64,000 nucleotides of DNA from an uncultured Flavobacteriaceae bacterium (GTDB lineage: Bacteria; Bacteroidota; Bacteroidia; Flavobacteriales; Weeksellaceae): assembly GCA_963506915.1 (NCBI GenBank), contig CAUORE010000006.1, forward strand, positions 2,884-66,883, written 5' to 3'. A program made the position numbers and the translations under genes. Positions 19,976 through 29,337 of this stretch are shown one piece after another. Under the pieces are notes generated by a model. It saw only the letters and a program-made list of their open reading frames with translations. It ran no database searches and had not been told where the DNA came from. Position 1 is the stretch's first letter. The number at the start of each line of letters is the position of its first letter.

Positions 19976-20725
19976 ATGTCTAAAATTGCAATAAATACAT
20001 CACAAAATGTAAATATTAATTTTAATATTGCTAGTATAGGAGATAGAATATTGGCTTTTTTCATTGATATGATTATCAAAGCTGCCTATATGATTGTGCT
20101 TTTTATCATTTTATTTAAAGTTTTAAGTATAGATAATGTATTTAAAAATTGGGATGAATGGACTGTGATGGCTTTTTTTGGAATAATTACCCTGCCGATT
20201 CATCTTTATACTTTGGTCTGTGAGAGTCTGATGGAAGGGCAGACTTTCGGAAAGAAAATAATGAAAATCAGAGTGGTAAAAATAGATGGATATCAGGCGA
20301 GTTTTGGAGATTATTTTGTGCGCTGGATTTTTAGAATCGTAGATGTTTTTTCTAGCGGGGGAGTAGTGGGGCTTATCACGGTCATTGTCTCTAAAAACAA
20401 TCAAAGATTCGGAGGAATGGTCTCTGGAACAGCGGTGATTTCACTTAAAAATAAAATTAATATTTCTCATACGATTTTAGAAAACCTTCAGCAGGACTAT
20501 GTTCCTGATTTTCCCCAAGTTGTATTATTGTCTGATAATGACATGAGGATTATAAAGTCCAATTATCAAAAAGCTGTATTGACTTATGACAAGATTATTT
20601 TGCATCAGTTATCTAATAAAATAAAAGAAATCCTTAAACTAGAAATAGACCACAGGGAACTTACCGAAAAGCAATTTATAGACAAGATTATCAAAGATTA
20701 TAACTACTATACAGGGAAAGAGTAA
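19976..20725 (+). CDS. RDD family membrane protein
   Basis: 249 aa. The N-terminal RDD-type domain has IGDRILAFFIDMIIK ... GQTFGKKIMKIRV ... RFG. It is transcribed divergently from the MoxR module. Confidence 0.65.
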   Translation: MSKIAINTSQNVNINFNIASIGDRILAFFIDMIIKAAYMIVLFIILFKVLSIDNVFKNWDEWTVMAFFGIITLPIHLYTLVCESLMEGQTFGKKIMKIRVVKIDGYQASFGDYFVRWIFRIVDVFSSGGVVGLITVIVSKNNQRFGGMVSGTAVISLKNKINISHTILENLQQDYVPDFPQVVLLSDNDMRIIKSNYQKAVLTYDKIILHQLSNKIKEILKLEIDHRELTEKQFIDKIIKDYNYYTGKE

Positions 20726-20742
20726 TTTTTCTAAATTTATAT

Positions 20743-20774
20743 CTTGCAAAATCAAAAAAATCGTATTATATTTG
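20743..20774 (+). promoter_or_regulatory. candidate promoter (-33 CTTG, -7 TATATTTG) for the riboswitch-led met transcript
   Basis: TATATTTG at 20767-20774, with CTTG 20 nt upstream. The riboswitch P1 stem starts about 29 nt downstream. Confidence 0.4.
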
Positions 20775-20802
20775 TCTCGCATTAGTCAATAATTTTGAAA
20801 AT

Positions 20803-20906
20803 GTTATCAAGAAAGGTGGAGAGATTAGACTCTGTGAAACCTTAGCAACCCTCCAAATACTCACGGAGAAGGTGCTAAATTCTACTCGCTAAAAGAGGGA
20901 GATAAC
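20803..20906 (+). promoter_or_regulatory. SAM-I (S-box) riboswitch
   Basis: GTTATCAAGAAAGGTGGAGAGATTAGACTCTGTGAAACCTTAGCAACC...GGTGCTAAATTCTAC...GAGATAAC matches the S-box core (ATCAAGAG-GGnGGAGGGA, TGAAnCC, GCAACC, GGTGCTAA). The P1 stem is GTTATC/GATAAC. It lies directly upstream of metX. Confidence 0.85.
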
Positions 20907-20961
20907 GGACACTACATTTTTCAATAAAGTAGCATTTTCAAGGATAAAAAAATAAACAAAA

Positions 20962-21909
20962 TTGGAAAGTTCGCTGCTTAATCATCTTAAAATAGATAAT
21001 TTCACTACTCAGAATGGGGTGTTGTATACTGACTTCCCGCTGAGTTACCAATTCTTTGGGCAAAAACTGCATACAGCGCCCGTTATTTTGGTCAATCACG
21101 CCCTTACAGGAAACTCTAATGTAGCTGGTGAAAAGGGCTGGTGGAAAACCCTCGTGGGGTATGGGAGTGTGATAGATTTACAAAAATATACCATTGTCTG
21201 CTTTAATGTGGCAGGGAATGGCTATGATGGATTTTTCATTGACAATTATAAAAACTTTACCGCCAAAGATATGGCGAGGCTTTTCGTTTTAGGGTTGGAA
21301 AACCTTGAAATAGAGGAGCTTTATGCTTTGGTGGGAGGTTCTGTTGGTGGATCTATCGCTTGGGAAATGCTCTGCGAAGCGCCTCATTTGGCTAAAAAAT
21401 TTATTCCTGTGGCTACGGATTATAAGACGACAGATTGGCTGCATTCACAGTGTCTGGTGCAGGAATTTTTGCTCGAAAGCGAAGATAGACCACTCGAAAA
21501 AGCCCGTATTCATGCGATGCTCAACTATCGTACACCAGAGTCTCTTAACCAGAGATTCAGGAGGGAGCAGGACGAACAGAAGAATATTCTAAAATCTCAC
21601 GACTGGCTCAATTATCATGGAACGGCCTTGGATAATAGGTTTGATATAAAGGCGTATCGACTTATGAATCAGCTCCTTAAAACCATTGATGCCAAGGAAG
21701 AAGATTTGCTTAAAATCAATTCGGAAATACATCTCATAGGAGTGGATTCGGATTTACATTATCCTGCTTTTGAGATTAAAAATTCTTATGATTTTCTGAA
21801 AAATAATGGTAAAAATGTGTATCATCACGAGATAAAATCCATCCACGGGCATGATGCCTTTTTGATGGAATATGAACAGCTAAACGAAATTTTGGGTAAA
21901 ATTATTTAA
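20962..21909 (+). CDS. metX: homoserine O-acetyltransferase (MetX-type alpha/beta hydrolase)
   Basis: 315 aa with a TTG start. Motifs: VILVNHALTGNSNV, nucleophile elbow GGSVGGS, C-terminal SIHGHDAFL. Confidence 0.75.
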   Translation: MESSLLNHLKIDNFTTQNGVLYTDFPLSYQFFGQKLHTAPVILVNHALTGNSNVAGEKGWWKTLVGYGSVIDLQKYTIVCFNVAGNGYDGFFIDNYKNFTAKDMARLFVLGLENLEIEELYALVGGSVGGSIAWEMLCEAPHLAKKFIPVATDYKTTDWLHSQCLVQEFLLESEDRPLEKARIHAMLNYRTPESLNQRFRREQDEQKNILKSHDWLNYHGTALDNRFDIKAYRLMNQLLKTIDAKEEDLLKINSEIHLIGVDSDLHYPAFEIKNSYDFLKNNGKNVYHHEIKSIHGHDAFLMEYEQLNEILGKII

Positions 21910-21927
21910 AAATCAACACGATATAAT

Positions 21928-23457
21928 ATGGAAGAAAATAATGTAATCACGATTTACAAAAATAAAGCGATAGTTAATTTCGAAGGGAGAGATTTTTTGG
22001 GGCAGATAGGGATAGATTCTCGTATTTTTAATGCTTTGCAGAATGCGGGAGTCAGTGTAGGGGTGATTTCTCAGCAGGCGATAGAAAACGGAATTTCTGT
22101 TTTGGTGGATGAGCATCAGGCAGAAACAGCGGTGGAAAGCCTTAGAAAAGAATTTGAAAAGGAACTGAAAAGCGGAATCGTTAGTCAGATTTATAGTATT
22201 GATAATCTGGCTGTTATAGGTCTGGTAACGGATAATTTCCAAAAAATTCTTTCGGAATTACAAAAAAATAAAATATTCCCTCTGCTTCTCAATCAGGTAG
22301 CATCAGCAGGAAGGGTGAATTTGGTGGTTTCTGATAATCAGATAGATAAGGTAAAAAATATTGTAGAAACTGAGATTTTTGGGAAAGTAAAAACTGTGCA
22401 TTTGGTGCTGGTAGGGCATGGAAATGTAGGCAGTACGCTGATAGAGCAGATTTTGGATTCTTCATATGATATTCAGAATAGAAAGCGTATTCATCTGAAA
22501 ATCATTGCGATAGCGAATTCTAAAAATATAGTGTTCAATAAAGGTGGTTTTGGTAGCGACTGGCGGCAAAAAGTGCTTTTTGGCAGCTCGGAAAACACTT
22601 TGCAGGATTTGTTTCAGTTTGTAAAAGAAAATCAGTTTGAAAACTTGGTTTTAGTAGATAATACGGCGAGTAAAGATTTTGTAAAAAACTATCCGACTTT
22701 TGTGGAAAATGGTTTTGACATCGTTTCTTCCAATAAGATTTTCAATACTTTACCAATACAAGAGTACAGAAATCTGCGAAAAACCTTGGATAAAAATAAG
22801 AAAAGATACCTCTATGAAACCAATGTGGGAGCAGGGCTGCCGCTGATAGATACTATTAAGCTACTGCACCTTTCGGGAGAAAATATCACAAGAATAAAAG
22901 GGGTTTTTTCGGGGTCGCTCAGCTATATTTTTAATAACTTTTCGGTGCGCGATGAGAAATTCTCTACCATTGTCAAAGAAGCGATGGACAAAGGATTTAC
23001 AGAGCCTGACCCTCGTGAGGATTTGAGCGGAAATGATGTTGCCAGAAAACTGCTTATTTTGGCAAGAGAATTAGATTTAATCAATGAATTCAGCGATATC
23101 AATATTCAGAACCTTATCCCAGAGAATTTAGAAGGAATAGTCAAAGATGAGTTTATTTCTAGATTAGAAGAGCTGGATGCTGAATATCAGTTTATTAAAG
23201 AAAATCAAGAGCCCAATCATGTGCTTCGCTATGTAGGGGATTTACATGGAGATTTGAGCCAAGACAAAGGGATTTTGGATGTGAAACTGGTGTCTGTTCC
23301 TGCAAGTTCGGCGCTTGGACAGCTGAAAGGTTCGGATTCTATTTTTGAAATTTATACCGAGAGTTACGGAGAAAACCCAATAGTTATCATGGGAGCGGGT
23401 GCAGGTGCGAAGGTAACTGCAAGAGGAGTTTTCGGTGATATATTGCGACTTTGTTAA
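21928..23457 (+). CDS. hom: homoserine dehydrogenase with two N-terminal ACT domains (ThrA-like, lacking the aspartokinase catalytic domain)
   Basis: 509 aa. ACT-like repeats occupy residues about 15-150, then the NAD-binding segment LVLVGHGNVGSTL and the HSDH catalytic region (NVGAGLPLIDTI, GFTEPDPREDLSGNDVARK). Confidence 0.8.
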   Translation: MEENNVITIYKNKAIVNFEGRDFLGQIGIDSRIFNALQNAGVSVGVISQQAIENGISVLVDEHQAETAVESLRKEFEKELKSGIVSQIYSIDNLAVIGLVTDNFQKILSELQKNKIFPLLLNQVASAGRVNLVVSDNQIDKVKNIVETEIFGKVKTVHLVLVGHGNVGSTLIEQILDSSYDIQNRKRIHLKIIAIANSKNIVFNKGGFGSDWRQKVLFGSSENTLQDLFQFVKENQFENLVLVDNTASKDFVKNYPTFVENGFDIVSSNKIFNTLPIQEYRNLRKTLDKNKKRYLYETNVGAGLPLIDTIKLLHLSGENITRIKGVFSGSLSYIFNNFSVRDEKFSTIVKEAMDKGFTEPDPREDLSGNDVARKLLILARELDLINEFSDINIQNLIPENLEGIVKDEFISRLEELDAEYQFIKENQEPNHVLRYVGDLHGDLSQDKGILDVKLVSVPASSALGQLKGSDSIFEIYTESYGENPIVIMGAGAGAKVTARGVFGDILRLC

Positions 23458-23460
23458 TAT

Positions 23461-23871
23461 TTATCGGTATTTGTATAAATTAAAAGCAGCAGTGAAAGTA
23501 AAGCCTCTGAAATTGGAATTCCTTGAAAAAGGTATGGAATAGCCTATGTGTGTTTGGATTAAATTAAAAAGAGAAAATCCTAATCTAGGCTGTATGGACT
23601 GGGTATTTAGCGAAATTCCAGCTCCTCCTATTATGAAATACATTTCTGCACCTATTTCTGGTATTACTTTTAGTTTTGAATTTTCAGTGCCGAAATGGGT
23701 TCCTGCATAGAGGGTGCCTCCTCCATAATAAGCCTTTGTGCTATAGGAAATTCCTCCAAATACAAAATTATGAGACTTATTGGTATGAGTGTAGGCAAAT
23801 CTAGCGCCCAATTCTTCCTGAGCAAAAACGAACATAGGGAGCAAAACCAAAAGCAAAAGAAATTTTTTCAT
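23461..23871 (-). CDS. small secreted/outer-membrane beta-rich protein, unknown function
   Basis: 136 aa with a signal peptide (LLLLVLLPMFVFAQ), G/Y/T/F-rich alternating strands and a C-terminal aromatic residue. It is convergent on hom with a 3-nt gap. Confidence 0.45.
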   Translation of the reverse strand: MKKFLLLLVLLPMFVFAQEELGARFAYTHTNKSHNFVFGGISYSTKAYYGGGTLYAGTHFGTENSKLKVIPEIGAEMYFIIGGAGISLNTQSIQPRLGFSLFNLIQTHIGYSIPFSRNSNFRGFTFTAAFNLYKYR

Positions 23872-23918
23872 TAGTAATAAATTATCATTACGAATGTACG
23901 AAAATAAATTAAAAGCAG

Positions 23919-23926
23919 TAAATTTG
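23919..23926 (+). promoter_or_regulatory. candidate -7 box (TAAATTTG) for the SMI1-to-metH-N transcription unit
   Basis: Perfect TAnnTTTG 34 nt upstream of ATG 23961. Confidence 0.35.
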
Positions 23927-23960
23927 GCTAAAGAAAAATAGGATTTAAAAAACTTAAAAA

Positions 23961-24578
23961 ATGAAAGAAATTCTTGAAAGAATAGAAAAACAAATCAACA
24001 CATTACAAGAAAAATATAAGGATGATTTTTTTGAATATCAATTAAATGATGGAGCGACTGATGAGGATTTTGAAAGGTTGGAAGAAGTCTTAGGATACGC
24101 TCTGTCAGAGGATTTTAAGGAAATCTACCGCGTTCATAATGGAGAGAAAGAAGGCTATTGTCTAATGGGGGAAGAGTGGCTCTCTATTGATAGAGTTATA
24201 GATGAATATAAAATCTGGAAAGAATTATATGATGGTGGTGATTTTTCAGAAGATGGTAAAGACTATGGCTGCAGCCCAGAAGAAGGGATAAAACCTGATT
24301 TTTGGTGGAATCCTAAATGGATTTCTCTGACAGCTGATGGAGGAGGTAACGGTAAAATGATAGACCTAGACCCATCAAAAGAAGGAAAACGAGGGCAGAT
24401 AATCCAAATGTGGCATGATGATGCAGATCGCAGTATAGAAGCCCAATCTCTGAAAGATTTTTTTGAGAAATATGCACAAGATTTAGAAAAAGGACTCTAT
24501 GTGATACATCCAGATTATGGAATTATCCTAAAAGAAGATTTGGATGAAGATGAGCTGGCAGAGCTGGAGGGAAAGTAG
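23961..24578 (+). CDS. SMI1/KNR4 (SUKH-1) family protein
   Basis: 205 aa. LEEVLGYALSEDFKEIYRVHNGE...WLSIDRVIDEY...FWWNPKWISLTADGGGNGKMIDLDP...IIQMWHDD follows the SMI1/KNR4 pattern. Confidence 0.75.
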   Translation: MKEILERIEKQINTLQEKYKDDFFEYQLNDGATDEDFERLEEVLGYALSEDFKEIYRVHNGEKEGYCLMGEEWLSIDRVIDEYKIWKELYDGGDFSEDGKDYGCSPEEGIKPDFWWNPKWISLTADGGGNGKMIDLDPSKEGKRGQIIQMWHDDADRSIEAQSLKDFFEKYAQDLEKGLYVIHPDYGIILKEDLDEDELAELEGK

Positions 24579-24600
24579 AATTTAATAAATACTTATTTAA

Positions 24601-25293
24601 ATGAACGCGGAGGAAAGGAAAAAACAAGAAGATGACTTTTTTGAAGTTAATAGTGTTAGTATTTTCGAGTATAAAGATTTTATTTGCAGTTTCCCATATA
24701 AAAAACAATCATTCCTTATAGAAAGAAAAAATTGGGGTGAAACTATACCTAATCATGATTATTTAGAAAAAATTTTTTCTACTTATGGAAATGGTGAAAT
24801 GGTAAGATTAAATAGAGAAATGCTTTTTGAAGATGCTAAATCAATAGAAGAATTTATTTTTAAAGTGCTGTTATGGGGATATCCAACCAGAGGAAGAGGT
24901 AATAATATAGAGAAGTTGTTGGAAAAAGAGAATTTGGAAGAATTAAAAATAATTTTAGAAAAATATAAAAATAATAATGTTTCAACAGAGGAACTGGTCG
25001 AAGATGTTTCAAAAATAAAAGGATTAGGGATATCTACGGTGTCTAAATTTTTATATTTTCTGAATGCTAAAATAGACGGCTTTAAAGCACTGATTTTAGA
25101 TGACCAAATTCTGAATGTAATTAATAGAAAAAGAATATCAGAATTAAATCAGTTATCTTCATTAAAGAGAGAGAAGGCTCTTAAAAAATATTCTGAGTAT
25201 TTAGAGAAAATGAGTGAACTTTCAAAGGAGCTGGAATGTGAGCCAGATCAGATTGAAATTTTCTTATTTTCGTTTGGAAAGAATGTATCATAA
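24601..25293 (+). CDS. hypothetical protein, possibly an OGG-fold (8-oxoguanine glycosylase-like) family member
   Basis: 230 aa. VLLWGYPTRGRGNNIEKLL...IKGLGISTVSKFLYFLN...LILDDQILNV resembles the HhH-containing OGG-fold hypothetical family as I recall it. Not verified. Confidence 0.35.
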   Translation: MNAEERKKQEDDFFEVNSVSIFEYKDFICSFPYKKQSFLIERKNWGETIPNHDYLEKIFSTYGNGEMVRLNREMLFEDAKSIEEFIFKVLLWGYPTRGRGNNIEKLLEKENLEELKIILEKYKNNNVSTEELVEDVSKIKGLGISTVSKFLYFLNAKIDGFKALILDDQILNVINRKRISELNQLSSLKREKALKKYSEYLEKMSELSKELECEPDQIEIFLFSFGKNVS

Positions 25294-25309
25294 AAAAACA
25301 ATAAAAAAC

Positions 25310-26479
25310 ATGGAAAACAATAAACAAAATTTCGAAACACTTGCTATTCGTACACAGACAGAAAGAACTCAGTATGATGAGCATTCGGTGCCGTTATACC
25401 TTACTTCAAGTTTTATTTTTGAGGATGCGGAGGATATGCGGGCGAGTTTCGCGGAGGAAAAACCAAAGAACCTTTACAGTAGATTTACCAACCCAAATGT
25501 AACCGAATTTGTCGATAAAATCGCTAAAATGGAAGGCGCAGAAACGGGCTATGCTTTTGCTACGGGAATGGCGGCGATATATAGCACGCTGGCTTCTCTG
25601 CTTTCTGCGGGCGACCATATACTCAGCTGCCGCTCGGTGTTTGGTTCTACACATACACTTTTTACGAAATACTTTCCAAAGTGGAATATCAATACCACTT
25701 ATTTCGAAGCACATGAGGAAGATATAGAAAAATACATCCGCCCAGAGACCAAGATTCTTTATCTGGAAACTCCTACTAATCCTGCGATAGAGGTTTTGGA
25801 TTTGGAGAAAATGGGAAAAATCGCCAAGAAGCATAATTTGCTTTTCGTGGTGGATAACTGTTTTGCTACGCCATACATCCAGCAGCCTATAAAATATGGA
25901 GCTGATATTGTGGTGCATTCGGCTACGAAACTGATCGACGGACAGGGGAGAGTTCTCGGCGGTGTCGCTGTGGGTAGAGCAGATTTAATTCGTGAAATTT
26001 ATCTTTTTGCAAGAAATACAGGGCCTGCAATGTCGCCATTTAACGCTTGGGTTTTATCTAAATCATTGGAAACATTGGCTCTAAGAGTAGAAAAACACTG
26101 CGAAAATGCGCTGAAAGTGGCAGAGTTTTTAGAACAACATCCTAATGTAGAATTTGTGAAATATCCGTTTTTAAAATCACACCCGAACCATGAAGTTGCC
26201 AGAAAACAAATGAAATTGGGCGGAAGTATCGTAGCATTCCAAGTGAAAGGCGGTGTAGAAGGCGGAAGAAATTTCTTAAATAAAATCAAAATGTGTTCAT
26301 TATCAGCCAATCTGGGAGATACTAGAACCATAGTAACCCATCCAGCTTCCACTACGCATTCTAAACTAAGCGAGGAAGAAAGAAACGAAGTGGGCATCAC
26401 AGCAGGGCTGGTTCGCTGTTCGATAGGGCTGGAAAATGTAGAAGATATTATTGCAGATTTGAAACAAGCATTGGAGTAA
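25310..26479 (+). CDS. metZ: O-acetyl/O-succinyl-homoserine sulfhydrylase (Cys/Met-metabolism PLP enzyme, MetZ/MetY type)
   Basis: Start trimmed to ATG 25310 (MENNKQNFETLAIRTQTER...). The PLP lysine motif is HSATKLIDGQG, and FEDAEDMRASF is typical of the family. Confidence 0.8.
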   Translation: MENNKQNFETLAIRTQTERTQYDEHSVPLYLTSSFIFEDAEDMRASFAEEKPKNLYSRFTNPNVTEFVDKIAKMEGAETGYAFATGMAAIYSTLASLLSAGDHILSCRSVFGSTHTLFTKYFPKWNINTTYFEAHEEDIEKYIRPETKILYLETPTNPAIEVLDLEKMGKIAKKHNLLFVVDNCFATPYIQQPIKYGADIVVHSATKLIDGQGRVLGGVAVGRADLIREIYLFARNTGPAMSPFNAWVLSKSLETLALRVEKHCENALKVAEFLEQHPNVEFVKYPFLKSHPNHEVARKQMKLGGSIVAFQVKGGVEGGRNFLNKIKMCSLSANLGDTRTIVTHPASTTHSKLSEEERNEVGITAGLVRCSIGLENVEDIIADLKQALE

Positions 26480-26505
26480 GATTTGGAATAAATTTTAAAA
26501 TCAGA

Positions 26506-27261
26506 ATGAAAAAATCAGCAAAATATTTTAGTTTATTTTTAATATTGAATATTATTCTTATTTCGTCCAATTTAGGATATGAAGTAAAGGATGGTAAGGT
26601 CTACTATAAGTGGATACACGGCGGTAATATGTCCAAAGAAACCACTCTTGTAGAAGATGCTGATGCAGAAACATTTGAAGTTATAAAAAATGATGTAGAT
26701 CTTCATTTAGGTAAGGATAAAAATTATGTATTTTTGGAACTTGCTAAGCTGAAAGCAGACCCTGCTACTTTTGAGCAGATTAAGAAGTATTATTGGCGAG
26801 ATAAAGACAGTGTGTATATGCTTCGGTATGGTAGTCCAGATAATAATGTAGTAAAGGGAGCTGACCCTGAAACTTTCCAAGTGATGAAAGATGATTGGGG
26901 GCGTGATAAGAAAGGAGTTTATCATATTTACGATCAATTGAAAAATGTAGATCCAAAAAAATTCATAGCAATAGATGAAGATTGGGGAAAAGACGATAAA
27001 TACTATTATCATAATAAGGAGAGAATAGATTCTTTGGATTATAAAACAGCAGAAATCGTGAGTCCATATTACATCAAAGACCAATACAGAGTTTTTTGTC
27101 GTAATAAAATTGTAAAAGGAGCTAATCCTAAGACCTTTAAAGCTTTAGATACTGGTATCCATGGATATGATGACAAGTATATATTTGAATTTGAAAGGAA
27201 TGAAGGTCCTATTACAGAAGAAGATAAAAAAATATATATGGATGCGGACAAAAAGAAATAA
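26506..27261 (+). CDS. DKNYY family protein (secreted)
   Basis: 251 aa with a signal/TM segment. It has repeated modules of about 40 aa: ADxxTFxxI...GKDKNYVF, RDKDSVY, GRDKKGVYH, GKDDKYYYH, YDDKYIF. Confidence 0.7.
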   Translation: MKKSAKYFSLFLILNIILISSNLGYEVKDGKVYYKWIHGGNMSKETTLVEDADAETFEVIKNDVDLHLGKDKNYVFLELAKLKADPATFEQIKKYYWRDKDSVYMLRYGSPDNNVVKGADPETFQVMKDDWGRDKKGVYHIYDQLKNVDPKKFIAIDEDWGKDDKYYYHNKERIDSLDYKTAEIVSPYYIKDQYRVFCRNKIVKGANPKTFKALDTGIHGYDDKYIFEFERNEGPITEEDKKIYMDADKKK

Positions 27262-27263
27262 AC

Positions 27264-28232
27264 ATGAATTTCTTGGATAAAATTTTCGGAAAAAAGGAGA
27301 AGAAATCAGTCAATATTCATATTGATAAAGAGAATTTTAAGATAAATGGAAAAGTTTTTTCTTTTCCGTTTTTATATTCTGATTTAAAAGAAATTTTGGG
27401 CGAGCCTACCCGTATCCAAATGAGTGATGGCAAGGCTGATGAGGACGGCTATGTGCTTCCTTCACGCTACTCTTGGGATGATTTAGGGATTGATGCTTTG
27501 GAGAAATTCCAAGGAAAGGTAGTGGAACTGAATCTACAGATTTCAAAAACCAAACCTTATCCATTTTCTCCTGAAAATCCTTTTTCTGGAGAATTTTTGA
27601 TTGATGGAAAACCTTATCAAGAGGCGATTAAAATCAAAAAAGAGGATTACCTTTTTGTTGAATTTAATGTTGGTAAAATGGAGATTTCTGCTCGTATAGC
27701 CAGCGAAAAAGAAGAAAACTGTCAGCCACAGGAAATCATGAGTGTCTGTATTTGTCAGACCGAACCAAAGCTTAAATCTAAAAAGAAAAATCCATATAAA
27801 TTTAAAAAGGAAAAAGGCGAAATTATTGATTTTAAGGATTTTAATTTTAAATTATTGGTTATAGAGGAACTGATGTATAATCAGGATTTACTAAAACCAA
27901 AATTTGATATTTATGATTTTGTAGAATACGCAGAGCGGGCGATAAATCCAGATGAGGAGGGCTATGAGCCTATTCCAGAAGCTTTGGTATATTTCCGAAA
28001 TTTGGAAATTCCTAAAAAATGGACAGAAAAAATCACAGAACTTTATCAAGATGGAGGAAATGAAATCTACATGCAGATTTCTCCGCAGTGGGATGGCGAG
28101 GATGAGATTTATAATGTTCAGTCTTTTGACGATGTAGAAAATTTTCCTCAATTAAAGAAAATTACTGCTTTTAATATCAATGATGAAGCGTGTGAATTTT
28201 TGAAGAATAAAGGAATAGAAATAGGAAACTAA
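27264..28232 (+). CDS. hypothetical protein (no family recognised; immunity-protein-like context)
   Basis: 322-aa ORF, 2 nt after the DKNYY gene. No signal peptide. Acidic C-terminal half. Confidence 0.5.
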   Translation: MNFLDKIFGKKEKKSVNIHIDKENFKINGKVFSFPFLYSDLKEILGEPTRIQMSDGKADEDGYVLPSRYSWDDLGIDALEKFQGKVVELNLQISKTKPYPFSPENPFSGEFLIDGKPYQEAIKIKKEDYLFVEFNVGKMEISARIASEKEENCQPQEIMSVCICQTEPKLKSKKKNPYKFKKEKGEIIDFKDFNFKLLVIEELMYNQDLLKPKFDIYDFVEYAERAINPDEEGYEPIPEALVYFRNLEIPKKWTEKITELYQDGGNEIYMQISPQWDGEDEIYNVQSFDDVENFPQLKKITAFNINDEACEFLKNKGIEIGN

Positions 28233-28250
28233 TATTTAAATAAAATAAAC

Positions 28251-29252
28251 TTGAAAAATACAAAACAATTAAATGATGCATTGGAGCATCGGATTTTGAT
28301 TCTGGATGGAGCTATGGGAACCATGATTCAGAAGTATAATCTTACCGAAGAAGACTATCGCGGCGAGCAGTTTCGTGATTGGGCATATCCCGTGAAAGGG
28401 AATAATGATATGCTGTCCATCACCAAACCCAGCGTGATAGATGAAATCCACAGGCAGTATTTGGAGGCTGGAGCAGACATTATAGAGACCAATACTTTTT
28501 CCAGCACGACCATCGCGATGGCGGACTACCATATGGAGGATTTTGTTTATCAACTGAACTATGAATCTGCAAAACTTGCCCGAAAAGCCTGTGATGATTA
28601 TACCGCTAAAACTCCAGACAAACCGAGATTTGTGGCAGGGGCTATTGGGCCTACAAATAAAACAGCCAGCCTTAGCCCAGATGTGAATGACCCAGGCTAC
28701 AGAGCTATTACCTTTGATGAACTTAGAAATGCTTATAAACAACAAGCGGAGGCATTATTAGATGGCGGTGCTGATATTCTCTTGGTGGAAACTATTTTTG
28801 ACACGCTCAATGCAAAGGCGGCTCTTTTCGCGATTGATGAAATTCAGGAGGAGAGAGGAATCTGTATTCCTACGATGGTTTCTGGAACTATTACTGATGC
28901 TTCTGGGCGTACTCTGAGCGGACAGACTGCGGAAGCTTTCCTTATTTCGGTTTCTCATTTGGATTTGCTGAGTATTGGGTTTAATTGTGCTTTGGGCGCA
29001 AAACAGCTTGTTCCATATTTAGAGGCTATCGCTCCACAGACTCATTTTAGGATTTCTGCTCACCCAAATGCTGGGCTTCCTAATGCTTTTGGGCAGTATG
29101 ATGAAACTCCAGAGCAGACAGCAGAACAGATAAAAGAGTATCTAGATAAAGGATTGATAAACATTATCGGTGGTTGCTGTGGAACTACACCAGAGCATAT
29201 AAAGGCTCTTTCAGACCTTGCAAAAGACTATAAACCAAGAAAAAATACTTAA
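28251..29252 (+). CDS. metH: methionine synthase, homocysteine S-methyltransferase domain as a separate polypeptide
   Basis: 333 aa with a TTG start. Motifs: [20 protein letters not shown], zinc ligands FNCALG and [11 protein letters not shown]. It ends at the position of the MetH Hcy/pterin interdomain linker. Confidence 0.85.
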   Translation: MKNTKQLNDALEHRILILDGAMGTMIQKYNLTEEDYRGEQFRDWAYPVKGNNDMLSITKPSVIDEIHRQYLEAGADIIETNTFSSTTIAMADYHMEDFVYQLNYESAKLARKACDDYTAKTPDKPRFVAGAIGPTNKTASLSPDVNDPGYRAITFDELRNAYKQQAEALLDGGADILLVETIFDTLNAKAALFAIDEIQEERGICIPTMVSGTITDASGRTLSGQTAEAFLISVSHLDLLSIGFNCALGAKQLVPYLEAIAPQTHFRISAHPNAGLPNAFGQYDETPEQTAEQIKEYLDKGLINIIGGCCGTTPEHIKALSDLAKDYKPRKNT

Positions 29253-29300
29253 AAAGTGTTAAAAAATCATAAAATAAATATGCTCTTTCGAAATAAAATG

Positions 29301-29308
29301 TATATTTG
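29301..29308 (+). promoter_or_regulatory. candidate -7 box (TATATTTG) for ompA-like gene
   Basis: Perfect TAnnTTTG 29 nt upstream of ATG 29338. Confidence 0.4.
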
Positions 29309-29337
29309 CACCATTAATTCATAAAATTAGTTTAGAA

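Noticed and set aside
25214-25309. 32-codon N-terminal extension of the metZ ORF in the track (MNFQRSWNVSQ...).
   Set aside because: It overlaps the end of the upstream 230-aa gene in another frame. The family-typical N-terminus begins at ATG 25310 (MENNKQNFETLAIRTQ).
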